This document shows, piece after piece, positions 32,475 through 42,813 of a stretch of 64,000 nt of DNA; the stretch's first letter is position 1; each line of letters begins with the position of its first letter. A program made the translations under genes and the position numbers. Location: the IMG/VR virus record IMGVR_UViG_3300014208_000026, positions 128,001 to 192,000 of that record; one strand, written 5' to 3'. This DNA is from a virus. Lineage: Duplodnaviria; Caudoviricetes. The notes beneath the pieces are model-generated. The model saw nothing but the letters and a program-made list of their open reading frames with translations, did not search any database and was not told the DNA's origin.

Positions 32475-33044
32475 GTGAGCCAGCAAATGCTCAATCAGAC
32501 TGATGATCTCACCCGAGAAAGTCTAGCGGGGGACCGTTTAGTTGTATCTGCGGGACCCTTTCTGCGAGCTTCGGGTTGGCGTGGCGGCCAGTGGGTCATG
32601 TACGTGACTCCTACTGGGGTTGACGATTTCGTGGTCGAGAAGAGTGACGGGAATGATGTCGCTGGGTTCCTGATTTTCTCTTCTGAGAACTATGCCCCTG
32701 GTCAGTCGTGGGGTTCGGTGAATAACTACACGGCCGGACAAGTGCGTCAGAGTCCTGCGGCTGCTTCGGGTGCTTCGACGGTCACGATGATGAACGGTGG
32801 GGGCAGGTACCTGACTTTCGTTTACGAGACGGTAGCACTTGGGGGAGGAGGGGTACGAAATGGCGGGCCCGCGGTATACACGCTCAACGAGCCGCTCAAG
32901 GTTTCGGAAAATGGTCTGCTCTGTAACGACTCCGATCTTTTCCTGGCTGCGGCTGGGGTTGTTAACCCTCATGTGGTGGCTCTGTGCTCAGCCGTTCCGG
33001 CTGCTAGGAACAATCTGAGGTTGGGTTTCGATTCGAAGTGGTAG
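32475..33044 (+). CDS. Virion structural protein, possibly head decoration
   Basis: Beta-rich 189 aa with YTLNEPLKVSENGLL...VVALCSAVP; precedes tail tube; role inferred. Confidence 0.5.
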   Translation: MSQQMLNQTDDLTRESLAGDRLVVSAGPFLRASGWRGGQWVMYVTPTGVDDFVVEKSDGNDVAGFLIFSSENYAPGQSWGSVNNYTAGQVRQSPAAASGASTVTMMNGGGRYLTFVYETVALGGGGVRNGGPAVYTLNEPLKVSENGLLCNDSDLFLAAAGVVNPHVVALCSAVPAARNNLRLGFDSKW

Positions 33045-33119
33045 GCCCGGAGGGGTGACGCAATAGATAGGTTATAGCCCTTGCTTAGTGAGGGTTGCTT
33101 CGACGGTAGGAGATAAGCC

Positions 33120-33923
33120 ATGGCAGTTAATCAGGACCTGAATTCAGCGAACGGCGTCCAGGGAAGTTCGTACCTTTACCGGTACGGTACGACTCCGAAT
33201 ACTCGTGTCGCTGTGAGCCAGAAGGTTCGTATTCTGACGCCCCAGTATGGGGACTTGCAGACGATGAACCAGATCGGCGTTCTGTCGCAGTTCAGCCCGC
33301 AGGAGAGCCGGAACATTGAGCCGGTGCGTGGTATCGGTTTCGGCGATCAGATCGCTGAACTGGTCCCGTCCGTGACGGAGCCTCTGACGGCCGACTTTGA
33401 GCGAGCCCTTTGCTACCTCGCCAACCTGTGGCAAGCATTCGGTTATGCTTCGGGTACCAGCGGTCCGGTTCGTTCTCTGAGGCACCACAGGTGGCCGTTC
33501 GACGTGGAGATGCAGATTGTGTTCTCCACGTTGGCCGATATGGACCTTGGGGTCGGCAACACCGGCATGAGTGGGGCGGGGACCTTCTCGGGCGGTTTGA
33601 CTCGTGTGTCGTATCCGAAGACTACGATGTCTCAGCAGGCAACGGATAGCGGGCTGGACACCGGAAATCTCGGGCATTCGGCGCTGATTACGGTCTATGA
33701 GGCGTGCTGGTTCAACAACGCTTCGACGACCAACATTGCCAAGGACTCCGGAATGCTGATGGAGTCGGGTTCTGTTACGGTTACGGACGTTCACGACTTT
33801 GCTTCGCAGTACGGTGAGTTCCTGCCGACTGGCAATGACCCGTCGATCGGCCAGCTTGGGTCGGTTAGGTTCCAGACTGGTAGACAGGCGGCGTTTGGTG
33901 GCGTGAATCAGGGACTGGCGTAG
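33120..33923 (+). CDS. Tail tube protein
   Basis: IGVLSQFSPQESRNIEPVRGIGFGD..AELVP...LT...R pattern of contractile tubes; position before chaperones and tape measure. Confidence 0.8.
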   Translation: MAVNQDLNSANGVQGSSYLYRYGTTPNTRVAVSQKVRILTPQYGDLQTMNQIGVLSQFSPQESRNIEPVRGIGFGDQIAELVPSVTEPLTADFERALCYLANLWQAFGYASGTSGPVRSLRHHRWPFDVEMQIVFSTLADMDLGVGNTGMSGAGTFSGGLTRVSYPKTTMSQQATDSGLDTGNLGHSALITVYEACWFNNASTTNIAKDSGMLMESGSVTVTDVHDFASQYGEFLPTGNDPSIGQLGSVRFQTGRQAAFGGVNQGLA

Positions 33924-34137
33924 ACGCCGGTATAGTAGGGTTAGTAGAAACCGGGACCGTTACGGTGGTTAGGACTGACAGATTTAGAACGGACAGATAG
34001 CATCGTTGGGCTGTTCCTTTCCCTCTGGGGGCTAGATTGAGATGAGGATGAGAATCCGACGAATGCTTGATTGAAGTTGGGCTGTCTTTCCTTTTACCTT
34101 CCGTGCCGTTCCCTCAACCGAGGGGAGATGCAACAAA

Positions 34138-35325
34138 ATGCTGGATTTCAAGGAACTTGAGGCCGCTCTAGGCTCTATCGAAGCCATTGGTATGGATGAG
34201 CTTGAGTTTCCCATTGAAGGGAAAACGGTTGTGTTGCGGGCTCTTCTGCCCTCAGAAGAGGTGGCTATTCAAAGAGCCGCCCGTAAGGCTCTCGATGAGG
34301 GCGAAAGCTCGGATATGCCCACCAACGTGGACTACCTGGACAAGTTCAAGACTGAGGCGTTGGCCTATTCTATCGTGCAGGTAGGGGATATCGATCTCCG
34401 TAAGGTCACGGAGGTTCCTACCGGAGAGAAGATGAAGGAAGGCACGCCGATCACGATTCAGAAGCACGTCGCCATGCGACAGCTTTTGAGGCGGTGGGGG
34501 CGTCCTGTTGTCAATGTGGTGTTCCGGAAGCTGGGGGAGCTGGCCAGCAAGATCGAAGCCCGAGCGGACAAGGCCGTCAAGTTCGAGCCCTCGGATTTGG
34601 AAGCGGAGAGAGATAGGTTGAAGGCCCGATTGGAAGAGGTGGAGGGGGAGATCGCGGAGCGTGAGAAGCCGCCTGAAGATCCCATGCGGAGTCATTTCAA
34701 GAATGTAGAGGCTCTGGTCGATGCTGAGTCCGAGGGGATGGACGCTCAGAGTATCCCCCAGCAACCGCAACCCTCGCCTGCGGAAGAAGAGATCGAACCA
34801 GACCCCGAAGTCTCGGAACCTGAAGTTCGACGGGCTGTTGAGCCTCGTCCGATCCCTATGCAGCGAACCACGGCTATTCCGGCTTCGGCTCCGCCCCCTC
34901 CACCTGTTTCCCGCCCCGTGCAGGCAGGGACCCAGCCCAAAGTTGCCCCTCCTCAGGAAGTCTACCCTGAGGATCTGCCTACCTATTTTGACGCCAGTAA
35001 TGAGGGCGAGGCAGAAGCTATGCTCGCGGCAGAGCATGAGCGTCAGCTTCGGCTTTTGCGGATGCGAAGAACCGCCGCCCCTGCCCCCTCTCAGGAAATC
35101 CCAAGTCTCCAAATGCGGCCTCCCCATATGGCGGCGGCTGAGGCGGATTTCGGTTCTGCGGAACGTCCCGTCTCCGTGGGCCAGGAGAACGGTCGAGAGG
35201 TCTACCAAATGCCTCCCGCGGTAGTCCCCCTGTTGAAGAAAGCCCCTGCGGGACCCGCCCCGACGGTGAATTCCATGGCGGGCGGAACTGCCAACAAGCG
35301 TTTCCAGAGTCCGCCGAAGTCCTAG
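34138..35325 (+). CDS. Putative tail assembly chaperone with Pro-rich C-terminal region
   Basis: Position between tube and tape measure; VVLRALLPSEE...EALAYSIVQVG. Confidence 0.65.
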   Translation: MLDFKELEAALGSIEAIGMDELEFPIEGKTVVLRALLPSEEVAIQRAARKALDEGESSDMPTNVDYLDKFKTEALAYSIVQVGDIDLRKVTEVPTGEKMKEGTPITIQKHVAMRQLLRRWGRPVVNVVFRKLGELASKIEARADKAVKFEPSDLEAERDRLKARLEEVEGEIAEREKPPEDPMRSHFKNVEALVDAESEGMDAQSIPQQPQPSPAEEEIEPDPEVSEPEVRRAVEPRPIPMQRTTAIPASAPPPPPVSRPVQAGTQPKVAPPQEVYPEDLPTYFDASNEGEAEAMLAAEHERQLRLLRMRRTAAPAPSQEIPSLQMRPPHMAAAEADFGSAERPVSVGQENGREVYQMPPAVVPLLKKAPAGPAPTVNSMAGGTANKRFQSPPKS

Positions 35326-35338
35326 TAGCTATGAAGAG

Positions 35339-36607
35339 GTGGGGACTGTGGCAGAGTTGCAGGAAGACAGGACGGAGGGGGCGCCGGTTGTTATAGCCCC
35401 TCTTCGGCCTGCTCAAATTCTGCTTGAGCGCACTTCCCCCGAAACTCGCAGTCCCTATTACAAAGACATCGAGAGTCTCGTATCCCCAGGATTTCTAACC
35501 CACACGGTCAAGGTCGGGGATGTGGTTCTGGGTTTCAGGTCTTTGACCAGCACCGACCTTTTCATGATCAAGCAAAGGTGTGGGGACGGGGTTGGGGATC
35601 TTTCCTGGCTCACCTGGGTGTTGGCTACTTCTGTTTGGATGGTGGCGGGTTGGAACCTGTTGGAAGAGTCCAATTCCGTTCCTCGACTGGCAAGAACTCT
35701 CCGGCACCTCCCTAAGAGAACTCTGCACGACCTGTTCACGGTAGTAGCGGGGTTGCTAAACCGCCAGAACAAGGCTGTCCGAGGAGCGGAGGCTTACTGC
35801 TACGAAGGTTCCTCCCGTTACTTGTGGAAGTCTTTGGGGAGGGCCCTGCCGGATGATTCCGCACGAGGTATCCCGGGGGCTTCCAGGGTGGGGCTTACGC
35901 ACGTCCAGAAGATGTGGGTCTCTTTCAACATGATGGAAGATGACCGGATGCAATCTTTGCAGGCTTGGGGGCAAGCCAAGCTGGTTGCCTCCGCGTCGAA
36001 CCCCAAGGGGGTTTCAAAGATTTCCCAGGCGGACGAGTCCGCGGCCCAGGAAGAGGAGCAGCGGCGTCAAGAGACGATGGACCGCTACTACTACCGAGCG
36101 GCTGGTTTCTTGACGGAAGAGGAAGCGGAACGGGCGTTCTCACGATTTGATAGACCCAGAGCCAAGTCCGTCGAGGAGCTTGAGGACGAGATGCGGCGTT
36201 GGGTTTCGGGCGAGATGGACGAACACGACCTTCTCGTGGCGGAGTACAAGCGGCAGATCACGGAGCGGATGGCTGCTGAAGAACAGAAACGGGAAGAGCG
36301 GATTCGTCAGCTTCGGGAGCAAGATGCTGAGGTGCAAAGAAACACTGGGTTCGAGCCAACAAAACTTGTGGGCTACACACCCGAGGAATTGCAACGTGTT
36401 TTGGGAGAAAGAAAGTCTGGGGTGGTGACTGTTTACGACGATTCGAGGACAAACCCCGAAGATCCTGTCTATAGGAAACACTTAGTGGGGCAACCGAAGC
36501 TTCCCCCTGGCTACCACGTCGTAGAGGACAAGATCATCTATGAAGGGGACCAGAGTTTGAACGAGCAGATTTCCGGTAGGCAGGTTACGTTTCGTGAGGG
36601 AGACTGA
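35339..36607 (+). CDS. Putative second tail assembly chaperone
   Basis: Position; related N-terminal pattern GFRSLTSTD...LATSVWMVAG; start uncertain (GTG 35339 or 35348). Confidence 0.6.
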   Translation: MGTVAELQEDRTEGAPVVIAPLRPAQILLERTSPETRSPYYKDIESLVSPGFLTHTVKVGDVVLGFRSLTSTDLFMIKQRCGDGVGDLSWLTWVLATSVWMVAGWNLLEESNSVPRLARTLRHLPKRTLHDLFTVVAGLLNRQNKAVRGAEAYCYEGSSRYLWKSLGRALPDDSARGIPGASRVGLTHVQKMWVSFNMMEDDRMQSLQAWGQAKLVASASNPKGVSKISQADESAAQEEEQRRQETMDRYYYRAAGFLTEEEAERAFSRFDRPRAKSVEELEDEMRRWVSGEMDEHDLLVAEYKRQITERMAAEEQKREERIRQLREQDAEVQRNTGFEPTKLVGYTPEELQRVLGERKSGVVTVYDDSRTNPEDPVYRKHLVGQPKLPPGYHVVEDKIIYEGDQSLNEQISGRQVTFREGD

Positions 36608-36609
36608 GC

Positions 36610-39600
36610 ATGGCGGCTAAGAAGGGCGGGACAGGTAAGCGAGAAGACTCTGTCATGATGAACATGGGGGTGAGTTTTGCCTCCGATATCGTGTCCGCTT
36701 CTCCTGAGTTCAAGAAACTGGCCGAGAGTTTCGGTGCGGATCTGTCTGCCGCTCAGTCTTCGGCTATCAAGCGTTCGTCGACCAAGCACGTCAAGGAACT
36801 GCAAACGTTCATCAAGAAGATGGACACGCAGTATGCCCAGGCTCTTGTTATCGAGGACAAGAAAGCCCAGAAGCTTGCTCTGAATGCCGTCGCCAAGGAG
36901 TTCAAGACCCGTTGGAACAACGAGGAGCGTTTCCTAGGGCACCGTGAGCAAGCGGCCAAGGACGCAGAAGAGACCCTCAAGAAGAACTTTGCAGCTAGGA
37001 CAGAGGAGTTTGGTAACGGGCTTCAGGACGCTTTCTCGCAAGCCACCTCTGGGGATATCGGGGGGTTCGCCAATCTGTTCAAGAAGTTTGGTGGCGGGTT
37101 AGAGAAAAAGGGGATGGGTCTTAAAGATTCCACCAGCAAAACAGAAAAGGGTTTGGGAGAAATTCTGGCGAGATTGGGGCCTCTTGCGATTGGTCTTGGT
37201 GCTGTTGTCGCTGGTTTTGCGGCTATTGCGGGGGTGATCATCCAGGCCGACTCCCAAGCCAAGGAATTCAATAAAAGCATTCTGGATGGTGTGTCTATCG
37301 GGGATCTGGGGGTCAAACAGGCTTACCAGACGGCAGAGGCTTTGGAGGAAGTGCGAAAGGCATCTCTGAATCTGACCGAGTTTGGAACCCTGGCCCAAGA
37401 CAATATAGCTATTCTGAATGCTTATGCCAAGGCTGGTCTTACTTTCCGTGAAATTCGCGGAGAGCTTGACAGTTCTAGTGCCGCAATGATGCGTTACACT
37501 TCTGCCATGAAAACTGCTCTTGTGTATTCGAAACTGTTTGGGGAGGACGTGACTAGCGTTGCTACCTCCTCGGCAGAGTACGTCGAGGATTTGGGGTTGA
37601 CCATTGGGGGTGTCGAGGATCGGTTCGCAACATTGTACAAGAAAGCCCTGCAGTCAGGGTTCGGGGTTCAGCGGTTCTACTCCATGGTGCTGCAGGCAAC
37701 TTCCGGCATGGCCATGTACAACGTCCGAATCGAGGAAGCCGCGGGTTTGTTGCTTAAGATCGGTAAGGTTCTGGGTTCTAAAATGGGGGGTGAGTACCTT
37801 CAGTCTTTGACTAAGGGTTTCATGGACGAGTCCATGACAGATCGTATAAAGAGAATCATGATTACGGGTCCGGAGAAGTTCGCGGGGTACTTTGTTCGCG
37901 ATGCTGACGCCATGGCTACGGATTTCTTGGAGAAACTAGGAGACAAGCTTGGTGAGGATAGCGGTCTGGCGAAGAACGTTGAAGCAGCCTTGCAAGCTGC
38001 GGGTATCGATGTTGCAGGGATAAAGCGATCTGGCACTGGAAAAGATTCTCTCCTCAGCGGTTTGAAAGCCATGAAGAAAACCGACAGGGATTTGATGCTG
38101 TCTGCCATCAGGTCTCAAGGGGGGAGCGGGGAAGCACTGGCACGTCAACTCGGAAAACTCATCCAGTTGACGGATGGTACCAAGGGGGGCATGGAGAACA
38201 TGGCCCAGAACATCGGGGCTTTAGGGATGGGTTCTGTTCTGGCCGCCAAGATGGAACACGGTCAAGCCATTATCGGAAAGTCTATCCAGGATATGACTAG
38301 ACTTGACCGTATAGCTTTCGAGAATATTACAGGTATATCCGGAGAGGCGTTCGAGCAGTTGAAGCAGATTGCGGCCTCGTCAGCGGGGGACTGGGTTCAG
38401 CTACAGAAGTTGGCGAAAGCCGGAGAGTCTCAGACGGACCTGTTCGAGAAATTCGGAGTGATCGCGGAGAAACAGGCTGACGGTACTTTCAAGTATTTTA
38501 AGGCCCAAGATGATGGTGCGGGGAACTTAACCAAAAACGGTCTAGAACTGAAAAATTCGATGGATCTTATGTCGGCTAATGAGCAGAAGTATGGCGATGA
38601 GATGAAACAGATAGTGGACGAACAAACCCTGTTGGCTCGTACGGTAGCTGAGAACACTACTGGTATCATGCAATTTCTCCAGCAGCGGGTCCAGCAAGCT
38701 TTGGAGGGCATCTACGATGCGGTCCAAAGCATTTTAGGTTTCCTTGGGCTTGGAGCTGACGAGGATGAGAAAAAGTTACGGGATCAGGCTTCTCAAGATG
38801 TGAAAAACCAGATTGCAGGTTTGAGAAAACAGCAGGATGCAGCCAACGTTACCGAATCAGAATTGATGAAAAAGATATCGGAAAGTTCAGGAGATGAAAA
38901 GAAATTCTATGAGACGCAGCTTAGTGACCTGAAAGAAGGTAACAAGTTCCGCCAGATGAGCCAGGAGCTTCTAGGGCAGCAACTTTTAGCTTTGAATTCT
39001 TTGCAGGAGGGGGGTTTCGATACGGTAGCGGGAGCTAGAGGTAAAGCTTTGGAGTCTCCAGCAGCGCAGGCGGCCATCAAGGCTATTGCTGAACGCTATG
39101 GCCTTTCAGATAAGCTTCTTGAAGAGGCTACTCGAAGGGGTGAGTTGGGGGGTTCCAGTTTTGAAAAAAAGTATCGGATGGAAAAGTGGAGTGACTTCGA
39201 TACAGATACCTATCGGTCATATAATGTCAAAACCCCAGAAGGTCGTGCTGCAGATATGGCGCGAGGTGTAGCTGATACTATGTCCAATTGGACGGGACAG
39301 AACGCCTCTCCTGTCATGACATTGTCCCCGGAAGATCAAGCCAAGGCTCTCGAAGAGCAGACAGGATTCGTGGAGGAAGCGACCTATGATGCCAAGGACA
39401 ATTCTCCTCAGGGTTTGAAAAGAAAAGCTTGGGCAGTCAAGCAACAAAAGGCTCTGCTGGATATCATCAATCCGAAAGAGATGGCAAAGGCTTGGGGGGA
39501 GAACGAAGATAGACGGGAAGCGGGCAAAATCGCACTGGCTGCAGGTTTGCAGGGGGACGAGTTCAAAGAGGCCGTAGAAGGTTTGATGGCAGGTAAGCTT

Positions 39601-39963
39601 ACGCCTGCTTTGGATTTTGCCTTGGATCGGTCGGTTCGTATCGGGGGCAAACAAATGTCTCTCCGTGAAGCCTCCGCTGAAAAATTGCTAGACAGGGGAA
39701 TCAGTCCAGACGGTATGCCGATGTCTGTTCCTGGAGTCGAAGATTTCATGCTCCGTCTCGGTTCCGATCGTGTCGAGGCCATGCGGATCAATCGCGGGGA
39801 CCAACTGTTCGGGGCTAAACCAAACGGCCCTATATCTCAGGCAGGGAATTCAGGGGGCCCTGGCAAAGGAACAGGCGGGACTGTGAACATTACCATCAAC
39901 GGGAATGAAGAGAAAGCCTATGCCGTAGTGCGTAGGGCTCTCCAGACCGTAGGGATAGTCTAA
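36610..39963 (+). CDS. Tape measure protein
   Basis: 1117 aa, helical, Ala/Gly/Lys-rich, hydrophobic segment LAIGLGAVVAGFAAIAGVII; ends GGTVNITING. Confidence 0.85.
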   Translation: MAAKKGGTGKREDSVMMNMGVSFASDIVSASPEFKKLAESFGADLSAAQSSAIKRSSTKHVKELQTFIKKMDTQYAQALVIEDKKAQKLALNAVAKEFKTRWNNEERFLGHREQAAKDAEETLKKNFAARTEEFGNGLQDAFSQATSGDIGGFANLFKKFGGGLEKKGMGLKDSTSKTEKGLGEILARLGPLAIGLGAVVAGFAAIAGVIIQADSQAKEFNKSILDGVSIGDLGVKQAYQTAEALEEVRKASLNLTEFGTLAQDNIAILNAYAKAGLTFREIRGELDSSSAAMMRYTSAMKTALVYSKLFGEDVTSVATSSAEYVEDLGLTIGGVEDRFATLYKKALQSGFGVQRFYSMVLQATSGMAMYNVRIEEAAGLLLKIGKVLGSKMGGEYLQSLTKGFMDESMTDRIKRIMITGPEKFAGYFVRDADAMATDFLEKLGDKLGEDSGLAKNVEAALQAAGIDVAGIKRSGTGKDSLLSGLKAMKKTDRDLMLSAIRSQGGSGEALARQLGKLIQLTDGTKGGMENMAQNIGALGMGSVLAAKMEHGQAIIGKSIQDMTRLDRIAFENITGISGEAFEQLKQIAASSAGDWVQLQKLAKAGESQTDLFEKFGVIAEKQADGTFKYFKAQDDGAGNLTKNGLELKNSMDLMSANEQKYGDEMKQIVDEQTLLARTVAENTTGIMQFLQQRVQQALEGIYDAVQSILGFLGLGADEDEKKLRDQASQDVKNQIAGLRKQQDAANVTESELMKKISESSGDEKKFYETQLSDLKEGNKFRQMSQELLGQQLLALNSLQEGGFDTVAGARGKALESPAAQAAIKAIAERYGLSDKLLEEATRRGELGGSSFEKKYRMEKWSDFDTDTYRSYNVKTPEGRAADMARGVADTMSNWTGQNASPVMTLSPEDQAKALEEQTGFVEEATYDAKDNSPQGLKRKAWAVKQQKALLDIINPKEMAKAWGENEDRREAGKIALAAGLQGDEFKEAVEGLMAGKLTPALDFALDRSVRIGGKQMSLREASAEKLLDRGISPDGMPMSVPGVEDFMLRLGSDRVEAMRINRGDQLFGAKPNGPISQAGNSGGPGKGTGGTVNITINGNEEKAYAVVRRALQTVGIV

Positions 39964-39964
39964 G

Positions 39965-40576
39965 ATGGGACAGCCGCTATTCAGGAGTGCTTTCCAATCC
40001 CCCGCTGACGAGTTCAACGGGCAGGGGAAACGCCCCGTCGTGTTCGATATCGTAGCCCCTGACTTCGAAACCAGCCTGTTGCCCGATGACGTAAAGCTGG
40101 TACTGCACGTGAACCCTTCCTCGATGAAGATCACATACAACAAGGTCATTGAAAGAACCCAGACTCTCGGGGGGTTCGTGGAGTTCCACTGGGGGGACGG
40201 AGCCGGAGAGATCACGTTCGAGATGGCTACGGGCGGGCTCATGCGGCTCTATAGTGGACTCTCGAACATTACTGGAGGAACAGGCTCCCTGGATGTAGGT
40301 GGTACGAGAAGGGACACGATAGCCTACGACAAGTACTTGGATATTCTGGCTCTGTTCCACAACAACGGGGCTATCTACGATGTGAACGGCAATATCTTCC
40401 TCCAAGGGGCGATTAAGGTCTCTTTCGACGGAGGAATTTACGTAGGTTGGTTCAACTCGTTCTCTGTCAATGAGGAGGTATCCAAGCCATACCAGTTCGG
40501 TTTGTCTGCCGGATTCACGTTGATGTACGAGATTGTCCGGTTCAGGACCACGGATATCTCTTTGCTGGGGAGTTAG
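39965..40576 (+). CDS. Baseplate/tail tube initiator-like protein
   Basis: LHVNPSSMKITYNKVIERTQTLGG; position after tape measure. Confidence 0.65.
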   Translation: MGQPLFRSAFQSPADEFNGQGKRPVVFDIVAPDFETSLLPDDVKLVLHVNPSSMKITYNKVIERTQTLGGFVEFHWGDGAGEITFEMATGGLMRLYSGLSNITGGTGSLDVGGTRRDTIAYDKYLDILALFHNNGAIYDVNGNIFLQGAIKVSFDGGIYVGWFNSFSVNEEVSKPYQFGLSAGFTLMYEIVRFRTTDISLLGS

Positions 40577-40582
40577 TTAGAA

Positions 40583-41845
40583 ATGGCCAGTAACCTTGTC
40601 CCCGCTACCTCCCCGCCGCCTGCCCAGATCTATCAAGTGCCGGTTGGTCCGATTTTCAACCACACCTTTGAGATTCAGGACGGAATGCCGGTCGACGGGT
40701 CTCGGAACCTGTCCCGGGCTCTCTCTCCGTTCGTCATTGAGATTCTGCCCCCGTTGGTGATGGGGACGGACCCAGAAGCGGAGGCAAGCGCAAATACGGG
40801 GTACGTGGACGCTTTCAGCAGAGGGCTGGCGTCAGTGCCTTTCGTGAAGGCCAGGGACCGTTTGCAGACCATGTCCTATATCGGGGTGGACAAGCTTTCC
40901 TCCATGGAGGCATTCGTTTCTTCGGGGCAGGTGATCACCGACCAGATGGTGGTTGGAGACACTCAGAAGTCCCTTAAGAATCCTTATTTGGCGGATGCCA
41001 GAGCGGCTTGCGATATCAGCATACAATTATCGAAGATCCTCAAGACTCCGCCTTTGACACTGCTAATCAATCCGGAGTCCTTATCTCTGCAGTTCACCAA
41101 GATTCAGCAATACTCGGACCGTTCTAGGCATGGGTTGATCTTTCAAAGTTTCGGAGCTGAGCAACCCAAGCTGTCGGTAACCGGTCGCATCGGAGCTTTC
41201 ATAGCGGGTTCTCCTCCTGGCACTTCTGCCTTGGCTTCTGGAAAAACTACGACGCCTACGGGGGTCCAGTTCGCCAGCAAGAGGAACTCGGCTTCGTGGC
41301 AGAACTTGATGGCTCTGTTTAGTTTCTATGCTAACAATGGCTACATCTATGATACCTTGAATAAATCGAATGCTAATTACTTTGTTGGTGCTTTAGCTAT
41401 ACATTATGACAGTTTTAGTTATATTGGGAACTGCAATTCGTTCGGTTTTGGCTACGATGAAACTAACGTTCAGGGAGCGGTGTCCTTTGACTTGGATTTC
41501 ACAGTGTCCATGTTGATTGACAACGCTCAATCAACGGGCGTAGTGCGACCTATGAGAGCCCTCTCGGATTCTCCGGTCACGCCTGGAATGTTTGGCGGGA
41601 TGGCCCCTGCTGGAGCAGATCCGACTAATGACCTTGGTCGGTTGGAGCGGTTCGATAATGCACACGCGATTAGGGCGGCTGCGTCGACCGTCCGTCCGGT
41701 AAATCCGAACGTTCTCCCTGTGTTACAGCAGGTTAGGCAGAGTATAATTGATCTCCCGAGTAGTACGGGAGGTTTCGAGCCGACACAGGCAGTGACCGGT
41801 AGAAATGTTGTAAGGCGAGCTACGCCTTTTATTAAGAGCAGGTGA
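40583..41845 (+). CDS. Second baseplate/tube initiator-like protein
   Basis: LLINPESLSLQFTKIQQ parallels the preceding gene. Confidence 0.6.
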   Translation: MASNLVPATSPPPAQIYQVPVGPIFNHTFEIQDGMPVDGSRNLSRALSPFVIEILPPLVMGTDPEAEASANTGYVDAFSRGLASVPFVKARDRLQTMSYIGVDKLSSMEAFVSSGQVITDQMVVGDTQKSLKNPYLADARAACDISIQLSKILKTPPLTLLINPESLSLQFTKIQQYSDRSRHGLIFQSFGAEQPKLSVTGRIGAFIAGSPPGTSALASGKTTTPTGVQFASKRNSASWQNLMALFSFYANNGYIYDTLNKSNANYFVGALAIHYDSFSYIGNCNSFGFGYDETNVQGAVSFDLDFTVSMLIDNAQSTGVVRPMRALSDSPVTPGMFGGMAPAGADPTNDLGRLERFDNAHAIRAAASTVRPVNPNVLPVLQQVRQSIIDLPSSTGGFEPTQAVTGRNVVRRATPFIKSR

Positions 41846-41850
41846 GGATT

Positions 41851-42813
41851 ATGGCTGAAAAGAAAAAAAGACAGTACACAGAGGAACAGAAAAAGAAATA
41901 CAGTGATTTGCAGAAGAAAAAGTACCTGGAACAAAAAGCCAGTAAACCAGAGGGGGTCTGTGCTCAACCCTATTGTAACAATCCCATTGAGGATGCAAAG
42001 TATAAGGTCTGTTTGTCTTGCAGAGAGCACAACAGGGAAGCTGTAAAAAAATACCGCAAAGTGCCAAAACCAGAAGGGATTTGTAGCGTTTCGGGTTGTA
42101 AAAATCAAGCCCGTCCAGGTTTAGCTCACTGTGAAGATTGTGCCGCCAAACAGGCTGTCTATGGAAAAAAACCCATCAACAGGAAAAAAGGCCAGGAGAG
42201 AAATCGCCGTCTGCGGGATGAAGTGTTTAATGCTTATGGGGGTCGTTGCTGCTGTTGCGGTGAAAGCAATTTTGCGTTTCTGTCTATTGACCACGAGAAT
42301 GGTTTTGATGGCACAGGCCCGAGAAAAGGGGACCATTTATATGGCTGGTTGAAGGCACAGGGTTTCCCTTCTGGTTTTAGAGTTCTGTGTATGAATTGCA
42401 ATTGTTCTCTCGGGCACAGAGGTTATTGTCCGCATGGGAATTTGACACAAGCGGTAAAGCCAAAGACTCTTTCTCCTACGGAGCAAACATTGGCACGTCG
42501 AGAATATCAGAAAGATCGGCATATTGAACTCAGGAAGAAAGTCTTTGAGGTATATGGGGGTGCTGTTTGTACTTGTTGCGGTGAAACCATTTTTGAGTTT
42601 CTTACGATAGACCATTTGGAGGGCACAGGTGCAGAGCATCGAAGGGAAGATAGAGGAGCACGGGATTTATGTGCTTGGATTGTGAGTCGTGGTTTCCCTC
42701 CGGGTTTTCAGGTTCTCTGCATGAATTGCAATGCTGCAAAGGGACGTCACAACAGCGGGGGAAAGTGCCCCCATGAAAAAGCCAGAGAAGTGTTGTTGGA
42801 GAAGGTTGAATGA
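41851..42813 (+). CDS. Free-standing homing endonuclease with two HNH (His-Me finger) domains
   Basis: Two copies of YGG..C.CCGE..F.FL.IDH...GFP.GF.VLCMNCN...CPH; N-terminal Cys4 repeats; AT-rich. Confidence 0.85.
   Translation: MAEKKKRQYTEEQKKKYSDLQKKKYLEQKASKPEGVCAQPYCNNPIEDAKYKVCLSCREHNREAVKKYRKVPKPEGICSVSGCKNQARPGLAHCEDCAAKQAVYGKKPINRKKGQERNRRLRDEVFNAYGGRCCCCGESNFAFLSIDHENGFDGTGPRKGDHLYGWLKAQGFPSGFRVLCMNCNCSLGHRGYCPHGNLTQAVKPKTLSPTEQTLARREYQKDRHIELRKKVFEVYGGAVCTCCGETIFEFLTIDHLEGTGAEHRREDRGARDLCAWIVSRGFPPGFQVLCMNCNAAKGRHNSGGKCPHEKAREVLLEKVE

Noticed and set aside
35260-35350. Programmed frameshift between the two tail chaperone genes
   Set aside because: The downstream frame is open only from 35270 and is +1; no slippery heptamer was recognised
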